From: Octopus bimaculoides
Lineage: Eukaryota
Length of the DNA: 56,995 bases
Assembly (NCBI RefSeq): GCF_001194135.2
Contig: NC_068982.1
Location: 86,992,696-87,049,690 of the forward strand
Direction of reading: 5' to 3'
Shown here: positions 12,831 to 24,900 of the stretch, one piece after another
Position numbering within the stretch: position 1 is the stretch's first letter
How the letters are laid out: the number at the start of each line of letters is the position of its first letter
Translations under genes and position numbers: made by a program
Notes under the pieces: generated by a model
The model's input: the letters and a program-made list of their open reading frames with translations, nothing else
What the model was told of the DNA's origin: nothing
Databases searched by the model: none

Positions 12831-13989
12831 ACTCTCAGGCAGAGGACTTGTGTAAAGAAGTTTCCAAATGTATAGTTACAACTGAACAAATTTTAAAATC
12901 GGCAAAGATGATTTTATCTGTTACAACATGTTTTTCGTGATGCTTACTGTCTTTTAGAAAACAGCGGCAATAAAAAAGTAAGTACCAAGCATTTCCTTGA
13001 AATTTAGTCATTAATTGGCGATAAATGGAAATTTGGATCTATACAAATTGATAATACGCAAAAAGAAAAAGTCATAAAATCTCCCTCATTACAATTTGTG
13101 GGTAATTCAGATTACTTTATTTAACATGCAGTGAAGTATTTTTGCATGTAGGAAAGGGATTAATAAGTATGTCGTTTATTTAGACCTATTTTTCAGTATT
13201 CAAATTGTTTCAAATATTTTAAAGACCTTCATACTACGAAGCGATAGAAAGTGCATCTACTTATAATTTACTTTGCCGATCCTCACAAAAGCGAAATCTT
13301 CAATGATACACCCGAACCCGAGTACTGGGATAGTAAATAGTATTTGTCTTTCCTTTATATATAAAAGGTGTGGTTATTTAAGACGTGTTGTTCATATCGT
13401 GTTGTAATCAATACAGTGTAACCGCACTTTGTCCTACTTGTCTATGTTCAGAACAATGTTAAAAAAGAGTAACAAATAAAAATAAACCAGACAGGTCATT
13501 GATATGAAAGGTCAACTTGACATAAATCAACAAATGTGCACTCATACACACATACAATGTCTGTGGTATTGATTGTATTTTTTTATCCCTCATGCACACA
13601 CCTACTAACGTGTATATGTATTCTAGTGTGCAAATATCTTCTACATGTCAGTAGGAACCAAATCATAGTTTTTTGGTAAGAATGGAGGATTAATTCCTAT
13701 TTCACTCGATGCTCACTATTTTCTGGCAATTATTTCCCTAGCAAATAAACTCTTTTCTTTAAATGTTCTTTATCAGTGACAGTCGAGCAGTATCTTGAGG
13801 ACATCTGGGAAATGAACAGCTATAAATCTACATTCACATTCAAGTCTAACTACCATTGACATTACCGAGGTTTTAGGGTTCAGTGTCAGTCACCGCATTA
13901 CTGAGTACAATATATTTCCTTACAAACTATACGCAAGGCCTTTTTCAGGTTATCAAACCTTTGTAGAGTACTGTAACGTCACAGCTAGA

Positions 13990-14600
13990 ATTTGTAATTT
14001 CAATAATGAAGTACTGCAACTGCAAGGATCAGTGCTCTCACTCGTTCAATTTAATTTATATTTTACAAGATATTCTAATGCACCTGCAAAACCTTCATAC
14101 AATTACAGATATAACATCATAGCTACATATTGCCACCCTTTGCTAGATTTAAATTCATAACTATTCCACTTCTAAACCAAGCGCCTAGAAGTTTTCCCCT
14201 AAAACAACAGTAGATTAAAAATACCAGGAATTACTTTCAACATTTCTACAACTTTCATATATTATTTGGATGTATATTGAACGGAGTAAGTCGGCGTAGA
14301 AGTTTTCTAATAGCATTCGCAGGCATTACAGCATTCCAACACAAAGAATCAACATCACTAGCGTACAAATAATTTGGATCCGCTATAAATTTATACCAAT
14401 CTTCTCTGAGTTTCGAATCTTTTTATGCTAAATGCAACATTTTGTACCGTCACAGGCCGCACATATACCACTCTGACAGACCATTTTTATAATGTCGCGA
14501 TGACAAACTCTAACACAGACTCTCAGACAATACATATTTGATCTAGTTAAAGCGATAGACACATCAAAACATCCCAAAAATTATTACCATAACATCGTTC
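13990..14600 (+). mobile_element. degenerate non-LTR RT fragments
   Basis: LQGSVLSLVQFNLY (about 14020) and IFDLVKAIDT (about 14535). The motif order is the reverse of a single RT, so these are two fragments or chance matches. Confidence 0.35.
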
Positions 14601-14649
14601 TAAAAACACCGCCACTACACTATTATTGAGTGTAGACTAACATATAAAG

Positions 14650-14712
<63 letters not shown>

Positions 14713-14817
14713 NNNNNNNNNNTATAGAGAGAGAGACAGATAGATAGGTAGATAGATAAGTAGACAGGCTGAGAGACAGACAGACAGATAGAATTGTGGA
14801 TGGAAAGACAGACAGAC

Positions 14818-14853
<36 letters not shown>

Positions 14854-14995
14854 TGTGTGCGTATGTGAATGAATGTAGGAAATATATATTATATGTTTTA
14901 TTTACAATATCATTGTACTCTTGCACTAAGTGCCCTGCATTAAGATGGAACCTTCAATCATGTTATTGCCAATCGACATACAGCCATACCAATAC

Positions 14996-15183
14996 TTCTC
15001 TCTCTCTCTCTCTCTCTCTTCCTCTTTCTTTCTATCTCTGCCATTCTCTCTCCCTCTACCGCTTTGTCTTTGCCTGTCATTTCCTCTCTCTCTCTCCCTC
15101 TCTTTCCCTCTCTCTCCCTCTCTCTCCCTCTCTCTCCCTCTATTTCCCTCTCTCTCCCTCTATTTCTCTCTCTCCCTCTATTT

Positions 15184-15215
<32 letters not shown>
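14996..15215. repeat. CT-rich low-complexity/microsatellite tract
   Basis: (CT)n and TCTCCC variants. Confidence 0.95.
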
Positions 15216-15218
<3 letters not shown>

Positions 15219-15230
15219 TATGTGTAATAT

Positions 15231-15274
<44 letters not shown>

Positions 15275-15455
15275 GTGTGTGTGTATATATATGAATACAT
15301 ACCTTATATGTGAATGTTTGAGTGTGTATACGCACAATTACGTTCATGCCCACACTATATTTATAGGCACTAAAAACAGAATAGTAGAGAAAATTCTCTG
15401 AGAATCTCCCGGTTTATTACGTAATACTTGAGGATGGGAAACCTCAAAATAAAAG

Positions 15456-15644
15456 TGACGTAGCTTTATATAAAATGTTATAAAATAAAGAAGCAGTTGT
15501 GCTATAAATAAACTCGAAACTAATTATGTGCTGCATACGTCATTACTTACGTCACTCAGGTAATCTGAGTGCTGGTGTTTTCTGAAGGCCAAGTTCAGGC
15601 CAATCCCACTTCCGCTGTAGTTTTTATCTACTTCAGTGACGTAA
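15456..15644. promoter_or_regulatory. cluster of four CRE/ATF-like TGACGTA motifs with TATAAA, CCAAT and ETS-like CACTTCCG
   Basis: TGACGTA 15456, TACGTCA 15536, TTACGTCA 15547, TGACGTAA 15637; TATAAA 15503; GGCCAAT 15598; CACTTCCG 15607. Confidence 0.35.
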
Positions 15645-16394
15645 TTACATTGACTTCTGTATTGAAATTGCTTACTATGAGGGAGTTACTTTCGTCGATT
15701 GTTTTGTTTCATTTGCTTCCTCTCTTCTTTCAATCCTTAACTTCGCTCAAACACTATATGCTCTCTCTTTTTCTCTCTCTCTTCCCTCTCTCTTCATTAT
15801 ATCTGACTTCCTCTTTCTCTCTGTCTGCCTGCCACTCTAATGCACGCGCGCGCACACACAATCTCTCACACACACACATTCAAACACACACACGCATACA
15901 TACGCACTCACACAAGCTTATTTATAGAAGTACAAGTGTATTAAGGAGTGTGCCTATACAGGATAATACTTTAAATTCGTTACTTTTTAAATACATATAC
16001 AGTTATATATCAACATATATAGATGCCAACACACTCAAGTATACTTAACACATATATAAATGCGTAGGTGTATACAGAGCTTCGTGACACTCACCACCTA
16101 CGTTAAAAATCATAAAAACAAAAACATTTCGCCTATCCCGCACTTAAGAATACACTTAACCACGCACGAACACACACGCACGCGCGCGATGCAAAATGTA
16201 ATAATACAGAAAGATAAGGGAGTTGTTTTCTTTCGGGAAAACGAAAAGGCATCACTGTGCCGTGATTGGTATTGAGCTATGTCGAGTTACAGCCTTCCCT
16301 TCAAACAATTAACTATTCGATAAACAGTGGATGAATAGAAACTAGGAACAATATAAACGACTAAAACCCTTGAAAGCTGTGCCAGAGATTATAC

Positions 16395-16575
16395 AGAAAC
16401 CAGTAAAAGGATGGTCTTTGATTAAGACACAAACTTAGCAATTTTGAAGGGAAGGGTTTATTCGATACCATCAACTCCAATGGCCTAGTAATTTATTTTA
16501 TTGACCTCGGAGTGATGAAAGGTAATGTGATTTGAACTCAGAACATAAAAAGCCGGAAGAAATACTGCAATACCT
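16395..16575 (-). mobile_element. SINE family A, old degenerate copy
   Basis: ttattgacctcggagtgatgaaaggtaa...atttgaactcagaac. Confidence 0.55.
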
Positions 16576-17829
16576 CTCATACCGTACTTATGCATATATC
16601 GTTTTGCTGGGGGTGACTAAGGAAAATGTTTAAATTGCCTAATCAGTTAATATTTTCTCATTCAAACCCCGTATATTCTCACATTTGTTCAATTATCTGG
16701 AAAGTACAATACTTAGCTGAGAAGGTCTAATAAAAGCAAACATGTTGAAAGTTGTCACCTACATACGTAAATACATACAATATACACGTATGTACAGATA
16801 GACAGACAGACAGACGCGCGCGCGCGCATTTTCTCATTAGTGAAAGCTAATGTACTAACTCTAGGGAGCGAAAAATAAAGTACTTATCAAAATTACACTC
16901 AAAATGAAAAGGAAATACCATTCAATGACAATTGTTGCCGATAGTAAGGGAGACAATTCTATATTTCAAGTTGATTAGCATTACATTAAGCAGCGAAAGT
17001 GAATTAAGAAAATCATAATAAGTAACTGAAACCAGATTTAAGGTATATTTTACTAGATTCGTATATTATTCATCATTGTATATCTTTTTTCCTTTTTTTT
17101 TGTAATATAAACAGAATAATTTAGATTTACGAAGCAGATCAGATGGAATGTTTGGCATACATATATTTCTTAATGGTATTAATAGATCAGCAAGGATTTA
17201 AAAACAGATTGGAGACGATTTTGTTCCTCAATAAAAACAGTAAGTTATTAAAAAGACAACATTGTGAAGCTATCATATGTGAAACAAAATGGTTGTTGTA
17301 AAACATGTTTACACTATGTCTTCACATTCATTCTTCCACTGGTTTTATAAGTATCTTTAAATCATGTCAACGAAGTGATGTTCAATTTTTCCAGCCAAGT
17401 ATGTTTTAATAGATTTTGCTGATCTGTTGATAAAGTAGGTTTTTTTTTTTTGTCACGACAAAAACTATTAACCCTTAATCATAAAAAGGAACTGTTACAG
17501 AGAGAATAACTGAAACATTACATGAAGCGTGGTTAGTAACAGGAAAATACTGCACTGGAACTGTCAGTTACTAAATCGAATGTTAGGATTCCACTTCAAT
17601 TTAAAAAAAGAACGACAATTAAACACAAATGAAATAACCATTTATTTTATTTTCTGTCTTCCGAGTGTTTCTTAATATATAGGCGCAGACGTTACTGCGT
17701 GGTAAGACGTTTGCTTCCCAATGTCATGGATCCGGGTTTAGCACCACTACATGGCACGAAATTTCTGGCCACGTACCAAAATTTGAAACCATTATTTTGT
17801 CACTTTTCATTTATAATGTCATTAGCTGT

Positions 17830-18045
17830 AAGGAGTCGAGCTGACAGAATCGTTACCGCGCTGAGGAAAATGATTAGTGGCATTTCGTCCGTCTTCACAG
17901 TTTAAGTTCGAATTCCACAGAGGTCAACTTTGCCTTTTATCCTTTTGAGGTCGATAAAATCAGTACCTGTTGAGTACTGGGATCGATGTAATCAATTTAC
18001 CCACCCCCGAAATTGTTGGCTTTGTACCAAAGTTTGAAACAATAT
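17830..18045 (+). mobile_element. SINE family A
   Basis: gagctgacagaatcgtta...gttcgaattcc...ggtcaactttgccttttatcc...ggtcgataaaat. Confidence 0.85.
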
Positions 18046-18540
18046 CTTTTCAAATTTTTCACTTTCTCTTTCTCCCAAAGCTCAATTTCGTGCCTTACCC
18101 TGTCTTCTTTCTCACTTTCATTCTTTGTATTACTAACCTCTACAGAATATTTCGTTTCTTCTTGAAACCCATATTTCTTTCGTTTAACTCGAATTTCCTC
18201 CATTCTTCTATCTCAACTGCCAATATGTTTGTGTATCACTTATGAAATAAGAAGAAAATAAGTCTGCCTTTTACAGCTTATAGGGTAAAATAGCTAGATG
18301 TGAAACTTACTCTACCGGTGTAACTAGATCCAGAGAAGAACATTATCTTGGTTTCAGCAGCAAAGTCTAAACTTGTCGATTCTACCGACATGTTCATATA
18401 GTTTACATACAACGTACATATAGTTGTATAGAAGTGTTTATAGGCTAAGCAAGGATCCTCAGATCAGGAGATTTGCGTTATCGTATTACTCAACTTTAAG
18501 AAGTCGAAATTTATTACATTTCTTCATATACATACATACA

Positions 18541-18571
<31 letters not shown>

Positions 18572-19879
18572 GTCTGAATGTTTTGCGTTCTTGTCCCATT
18601 TTTTGTATTCTTATAAATATAAATAAATAAATAAATAAATATATANNNNNNNNNNNNNNNNNNNNNNNNNNNNNNNNNNNNNNNNNNNNNNNNNNNNNNN
18701 NNNNNNNNNNNNNNNNNNNNNNNNNNNNNNNNNNNNNNNNNNNNNNNNNNNNNNNNNNNNNNNNNNNNNNNNNNNNNNNNNNNNNNNNNNNNNNNNNNNN
18801 NNNNNNNNNNNNNNNNNNNNNNNNNNNNNNNNNNNNNNNNNNNNNNNNNNNNNNNNNNNNNNNNNNNNNNNNNNNNNNNNNNNNNNNNNNNNNNNNNNNN
18901 NNNNNNNNNNNNNNNNNNNNNNNNNNNNNNNNNNNNNNNNNNNNNNNNNNNNNNNNNNNNNNNNNNNNNNNNNNNNNNNNNNNNNNNNNNNNNNNNNNNN
19001 NNNNNNNNNNNNNNNNNNNNNNNNNNNNNNNNNNNNNNNNNNNNNNNNNNNNNNNNNNNNNNNNNNNNNNNNNNNNNNNNNNNNNNNNNNNNNNNNNNNN
19101 NNNNNNNNNNNNNNNNNNNNNNNNNNNNNNNNNNNNNNNNNNNNNNNNNNNNNNNNNNNNNNNNNNNNNNNNNNNNNNNNNNNNNNNNNNNNNNNNNNNN
19201 NNNNNNNNNNNNNNNNNNNNNNNNNNNNNNNNNNNNNNNNNNNNNNNNNNNNNNNNNNNNNNNNNNNNNNNNNNNNNNNNNNNNNNNNNNNNNNNNNNNN
19301 NNNNNNNNNNNNNNNNNNNNNNNNNNNNNNNNNNNNNNNNNNNNNNNNNNNNNNNNNNNNNNNNNNNNNNNNNNNNNNNNNNNNNNNNNNNNNNNNNNNN
19401 NNNNNNNNNNNNNNNNNNNNNNNNNNNNNNNNNNNNNNNNNNNNNNNNNNNNNNNNNNNNNNNNNNNNNNNNNNNNNNNNNNNNNNNNNNNNAATAATGT
19501 TCATAGCTCATCTTTTTCCAGAGGATGTTGGTTGGTACTTCCATGAAGATACAGGTTTTTAGTTATTCTCCTACCTATATTATTCTAACTACTTTTACTC
19601 TTTATTCTTCTATTTTACTCCTTTATTCTTAATCATTCCTTATAAAGCATGAATTTTATTCCTTGTAAATTGTAACTCTTCCTCATCTAAAATATTCATA
19701 ACCCGACCACTTGGGTTATCCCAGAAACGGCTGTAAGACTTCAAATTCACCTTACCCTAATTAAATTATTCTAAATGACTTGAGATACTCGTTCTTGCCT
19801 TGGTTTTGATTTTTCCTCTAATATAATATAATATAATATAATATAATATAATATAATATAATATAATAATAATATAATA

Positions 19880-19960
19880 TCTAGTATAATAAAAGCGAAA
19901 ACTAATTTCTGTATGTCAGTGTGTCACACTTAGACTCCCTCTCTGACTATTCAATGACAC
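19880..19960 (+). mobile_element. Helitron-like 5' terminus (copy 1 of 3; others at 20640 and about 20937)
   Basis: A^TCTAGTATAATAAAAG...tgtatgtcagtgtgtcacact. A 5'-TC start after A with a TATAATAAA subterminus is typical of animal Helitrons. Confidence 0.4.
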
Positions 19961-20271
19961 TCCTACTATTCCTCGTGATGTGGTGAGAGTAATAGTTAGC
20001 ATAGAGACGGTGAGGGCGGTGTTGAGGACAGACAAAGAGAGAGAAACAAAGAAATTTAAGGAGAGTTGTTGATGTTTTATTAAAAAGAGTTGTGTTGACG
20101 GTGGCAATGGAAGTAATAATAAAGAGAGACAAAGAGTGGGTATGTGAGAGAAAGAGGAAGGTGATGTACATTGTTTAACCATGTTTCTTTGACAGAAATT
20201 CCTGTCGCGAGCATACTGAACACTATCATTTTTGTTTTATTTTTTTTGCTTTCTTTAACACACACACACTC

Positions 20272-20639
20272 ACAGGGTGTTCAAAAAGTCTCTCCGCAGT
20301 GAATTTTTTCATCCTGCGCATACGCAACTTGGCTATTACTGCGTGGGCGGCCGGGTGTCAGCCATCGTCCTTCAGTCATTGTGTACCCTTCAGCGTGTCG
20401 ACATGCTAACCATTGAAGAACGTACGTTTTTAGTTGACTGGGTGTAAAAAGAAATTGAATTTCTTTCCATACAAAGTGCTGGCCATTAAAGAACTGAAGA
20501 CTACGGATTATGCTAAAAGGTCATTGGTTCCAAAACTTTGTTGCCGAAAAAGGCATAGAAATGTTGGATGGGTGTTTTCACACCGATGAAGCTTGGGTTC
20601 ATCTGTCCGGATACATAAATTCGCAAAAAACACAAAACA
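20272..20639 (+). mobile_element. Tc1/mariner (rosa/maT-like) 5' TIR plus deleted transposase
   Basis: cagggtgttcaaaaagtc TIR-like start; MLTIEERTFLV; KLNFFPYKVLAIKELKTTDYAKR; TDEAWVHLSGYINSQ (first catalytic D). Confidence 0.75.
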
Positions 20640-20694
20640 TCTAATATAATAAATGTGTATGTCAGTGTGTCGCACTTTTTCAACTTTAATAAAT

Positions 20695-20890
20695 CTTTCC
20701 TACTGGAAGTACAAGGGAAAGATTTAGTCGATTACATCGACTCAGGTACGTAACTGGTACTAATTTTATAGACCCCGGAAATATGAAAGGCAAAGTCGAC
20801 CTTGGCGGAATTCGAACTCAAAACCTAACTACAGACAAAATATCGCTAAACATGTCGCCCGGCGTGCTAACGATCCTGCCAATTCACCGA
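20695..20890 (-). mobile_element. SINE family A
   Basis: gaccccggaaatatgaaaggcaaagtcgaccttggcggaattcgaactc. Confidence 0.85.
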
Positions 20891-20936
20891 CTTAGTGTAA
20901 ATGTAATAATATAATATAATATAATATGATATCATA

Positions 20937-21185
20937 TAATATAATAAATGTGAATGTCAGTGTGTCACACTTTTTCAACTTTACTCCTATAGGCCGTAGC
21001 CCAACATATCGTACCGTTTTGGAATCAGGCTGACTATGTGAGTAAATTAAAAACATTCCGGGCTGAATCCGGACCCACAATCCTGAAATTTTGGATTCCC
21101 AAGTTTTCATTACTGTGATTGTTTTCGACGATTTTTTTACGTGACTTTTTGCGACAAATTTTCTTGTACAATAATAACTTTTATA
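20937..21185 (+). mobile_element. non-autonomous Helitron-like element 5' region running into the gap
   Basis: Same TATAATAAATGTG..TGTCAGTGTGTCACACTTTTTCAAC head, followed by non-coding sequence. Confidence 0.4.
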
Positions 21186-21385
21186 NNNNNNNNNNNNNNN
21201 NNNNNNNNNNNNNNNNNNNNNNNNNNNNNNNNNNNNNNNNNNNNNNNNNNNNNNNNNNNNNNNNNNNNNNNNNNNNNNNNNNNNNNNNNNNNNNNNNNNN
21301 NNNNNNNNNNNNNNNNNNNNNNNNNNNNNNNNNNNNNNNNNNNNNNNNNNNNNNNNNNNNNNNNNNNNNNNNNNNNNNNNNNNNN

Positions 21386-21470
21386 GTTTAGCTTTAGTGT
21401 TCGTTTAGCTTTAGTGTTCGTTTAGCTTTAGTGTTCGTTTAGCTTTAGTGTTCGTTTAGCTTTAGTGTTC
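21386..21470. repeat. 17-bp minisatellite GTTTAGCTTTAGTGTTC, five identical copies, truncated by the gap
   Basis: Read directly from the sequence. Confidence 0.97.
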
Positions 21471-21699
21471 AACAGTAATGAATTCTTCATTCTGACACCT
21501 AAATTATTATCTTAAAGCCAAATAATGTATTTAAGTATACTTTATTTACAACATCACTCCACCATAGCTTGTCGTCTGTAAACTATTTGCCTCATCTTTC
21601 AGATAGTTCCACTTGAAAACATTCACAATAAATTAAATTCACCATAGTTATAATATTTTGAGTTCCCCAATATTATAATATTTTAAGTTAAAATATAAT

Positions 21700-22560
21700 A
21701 TTTTGAGTTCTCAAAATATAAATGTACATTTGTTTATATTTCGTCTGATATCGTGGGAACTTTATTTGATAATGTGATAGGGTGTATTTAAATACGTTTG
21801 TTTGTCCTAAAGAATACAATTTATGAGCTGTGCAGAAAAGTGGCTCCATCCAAAAGATTAAGACTAACTTGTTTGATTTGTTCGTTGTAATCGAAGATAT
21901 TCCAGAAACCTACAGTTTGTATACAACCTTTCATACACGCATATATTTCAGGGGAACAATCTTTCTATGATGCTTCTTATATTTACAGTGAACACCTTGT
22001 GCCTTTTCTTGACGAAATCGAGAGGGTACGCATTTGACAAACAAGGAGAAAGAAATATCGCCTTGATAAATAGCTTCTTTGTGGATGAGCTGAAAGCATA
22101 TTCCAAAAATATGAATGGTGTGAAGAAGACCCTTGGCCTAGTTACGATATTCTTAAAGGATATTGGGATAGAATTTAGCCGATATGTATGCTCCTGCCTG
22201 ACTGTAAAACTACAAACCAGTCTACTAACATCTTTACCCAATGGCTTGACTGTTTAGCATAGATTCAAACATCTTTTTGATGTCTCAAAATAGTTCCACT
22301 ACAATATCTATCAGCCATGAAGCATTGAAGTGCATCCTTATGGCAAACAACACCATAAGAGTTGGAAAGAAATTCCTTGGAAAGTACACCTGTACTAATA
22401 ACTAAGAATTCACAGCGAGAAAAGTTGCTCAGATCTACCACAACAGATCATTTGGTATAAGGCTGCATACTTATCAACAGAAAATCATGCACAACTATGT
22501 TATCAGAAAACTCTAGAACGATAGTAAGACGAATGGCTAGACTAATCCAATCTTGGACCT
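21700..22560 (-). mobile_element. probable Penelope-like RT remnant, heavily decayed
   Basis: KDVSRLVCSFTVRQEHTYRL and CLSNAYPLDFVKK resemble the PLE thumb (xxGYPxxF). No clean catalytic motif. Confidence 0.35.
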
Positions 22561-23499
22561 ACAATATGTATATTAGATATCAGTTTGAAGTGTATGCCTT
22601 TTTGTTTTCTGCGAACCGAACATTCCAAGAAAATAGTTGATGCACAAAAACAACTTCTTTGTTTGACATCAGCCACTTCCTTAAAGGAAAAATTTCAAAT
22701 AAGTAAAATTGAAATATACATGCATATATACATACATTTATACATAGATACATATACATATCTGAATACATACATACATACATAAATACGTACATACACA
22801 CACACACATACATGAATACGTACATACACACACATACATGCAAACACATACATACATACATATATACCATACTCACGCGCACATACATGCATACCTACCT
22901 ACCTACCTACCTACCTACCTACCTACATACATACATACATACATACNNNNNNNNNNATACGCACACGATAAAGTTCACTCAAAAGTCGTAGCAGAACCAT
23001 CTCGTGCGCTCGATAAAGAATATTCTGAAAAGGTAAAAGTGTGAAAAAAAAAAAAAAGTGTTGATGGTCCGAATATTGCAAGGTGAAAACTTTTGTAATT
23101 GTAAAGAACAAGTAACTTCCAATGACAACTAATATTACAACATACTTCACGGGCTCCGCAAAATGCCAACATCAGAGGGTGTAAGACTTCTGTGGCTCGA
23201 TTACGCACACGCACATAACAGCGAATAGGGGCCTATCAACTGAGAGAAGTTGATGAAGCTAGTTGCCCCTACAGCGTTGTCGTCTCCTTGAATACACTGG
23301 GCACTTTTTCGCGACCCGGTAATGGATATAACCGTTGTTTGTTAATGAGTTGCAAATCGACATCATTATTAACAAGCAACATCTCTATAAAGATGCAACC
23401 TAAAATATCAGCCAATCATACTTGACCATACATGAAACCTAAAACAAATCAGATAATTAAGATTATTGAGTACTAGAAATTATTATATTGTTTTGAATT

Positions 23500-24900
23500 A
23501 CTAGATTTTCAGATTAAATATTATATCGTTTCGACCTATCAAACTCTTAATTCAGATTGACCTTCTAGACAAGACTGAAACTATGACCACATCAACGACC
23601 AAAGAAACAACACCACACAACAGAACTCCTCAGCTAGACCATTTTTTGATGGTAAGTCTATAGGGATAGGCGTCTTTTGTTGTTAACCAAGGGTCTGATT
23701 AAAGTATTTAGGGTCTATTTCGGCTTGGATTTGTAGATGGGTAAAAGCTGGAAATTCTGAGTAGGATGCTCAGTTTCTCTCAGAAATGGACTGAAAGGAA
23801 GCTGTTCTTGAAAAGTCGGGTGGAAGAGGTTACAACTGCATCGCTTAAGTCGTGCACTACCGCCTTTCTATGGTGCATTGTCTCAAGAATATCTAACTAA
23901 TTGTTATTTCGCTTTTCATGAACCATTTGTTGTTTCATTTTTCATGGAAGATCTATCTAACGCCAGCAACTATTCCATGGGATCTTGAGGTGACGCAGCT
24001 AATAAAACACAGCTACACGCCGAGTTCGTACCATCTGCAGAGATTGTTGAACAACGACAACAGTAAACAGATATGATGACTGTCCGTGCGACATGCTTTC
24101 ACATAGCTCGATAGAGGCCGAGAATGAGTGTTAGGTACTTTGAATGTTCCCATGTATTCACTTGTACTGTACCATCTAGAGAATGCAGTCGGTGGTATGT
24201 TCGTATGTTGTAGAGGGTTAATGGAACGGAAGAATCAGTGACGTAGATCTGAAAGCAAGTTTGGGCAACAACGAGGATAGCCTGCATAGTAACTTCTGGG
24301 AAAATGTCGAGAATTATGGATAATTACTTGATCTGACTGTAATACGAGCGTGAGATGAGGTACACTTTCTCTTCAGGATAAACTTGACAAATACAGAACT
24401 ACTTTTCAGCTGAATCTGTCCAGGCTTTTGTCAAATAACTGCTGTCACCTATAGTTCGGATCTGACTCTCGACCAAGTCTATCATGATGACAACATACTG
24501 CTTTCCTTTGATGAGTAGTTACTTTTACTTTGCCTGATGCTTTTGGAGGAGAAAGTGAAGTGGTAGACGCAGTGAAAAGGTTTAAGGACAAGAATTTTTC
24601 TCTTTGACAATCATAAATTCCTTTCGGTTTTATTTGAGCAGAAGTGGGGTCGTAAAGGATGGATAGGTGGCGCAGTTCTCCAGTATGTTTTACCAAAGTG
24701 GAGACTGTCAAGGTTAAATGGACCTACTTTGACTACTTTGACAGTCAAAAAGCTGGTAGGGAGCTCTTTGCTTTTGATGTATCAGAGTTATCCGAGGTTA
24801 GTGTAGAGTACGTTTTCCTTCTTATAACACGGTGACATCAGTAGTAGCAGTCGAGGTTACGATAAAATTTTTAAAAAAGCAGTCTAATTAAAAAACGGAA
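23500..24900 (-). mobile_element. Penelope-like RT remnant, heavily decayed
   Basis: In correct order on the minus strand: HPLRPHFC (PLRPI), IIHNSRHF, AFRSTSL (SFDVTSL), YK*IHG (YxQIHG), EKLSILLR...TKDAYP. Confidence 0.5.

Noticed and set aside
17997-18245. Lys/Glu-rich ORF MEEIRVKRKK... with an upstream acceptor-like pyrimidine tract
   Set aside because: All frames stop shortly after the acceptor and no motif is recognised; likely compositional.
21386-21470. CRISPR-like or telomeric interpretation of the 17-bp repeat
   Set aside because: There are no spacers, and the unit is not TTAGGG.
23250-23281. TTGATGAAGCT...AGCGTTGTC, a hammerhead-like relic (another on the minus strand at about 23523-23560)
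   Set aside because: C3 is mutated and GAAAC is deleted; at most a dead PLE terminus.
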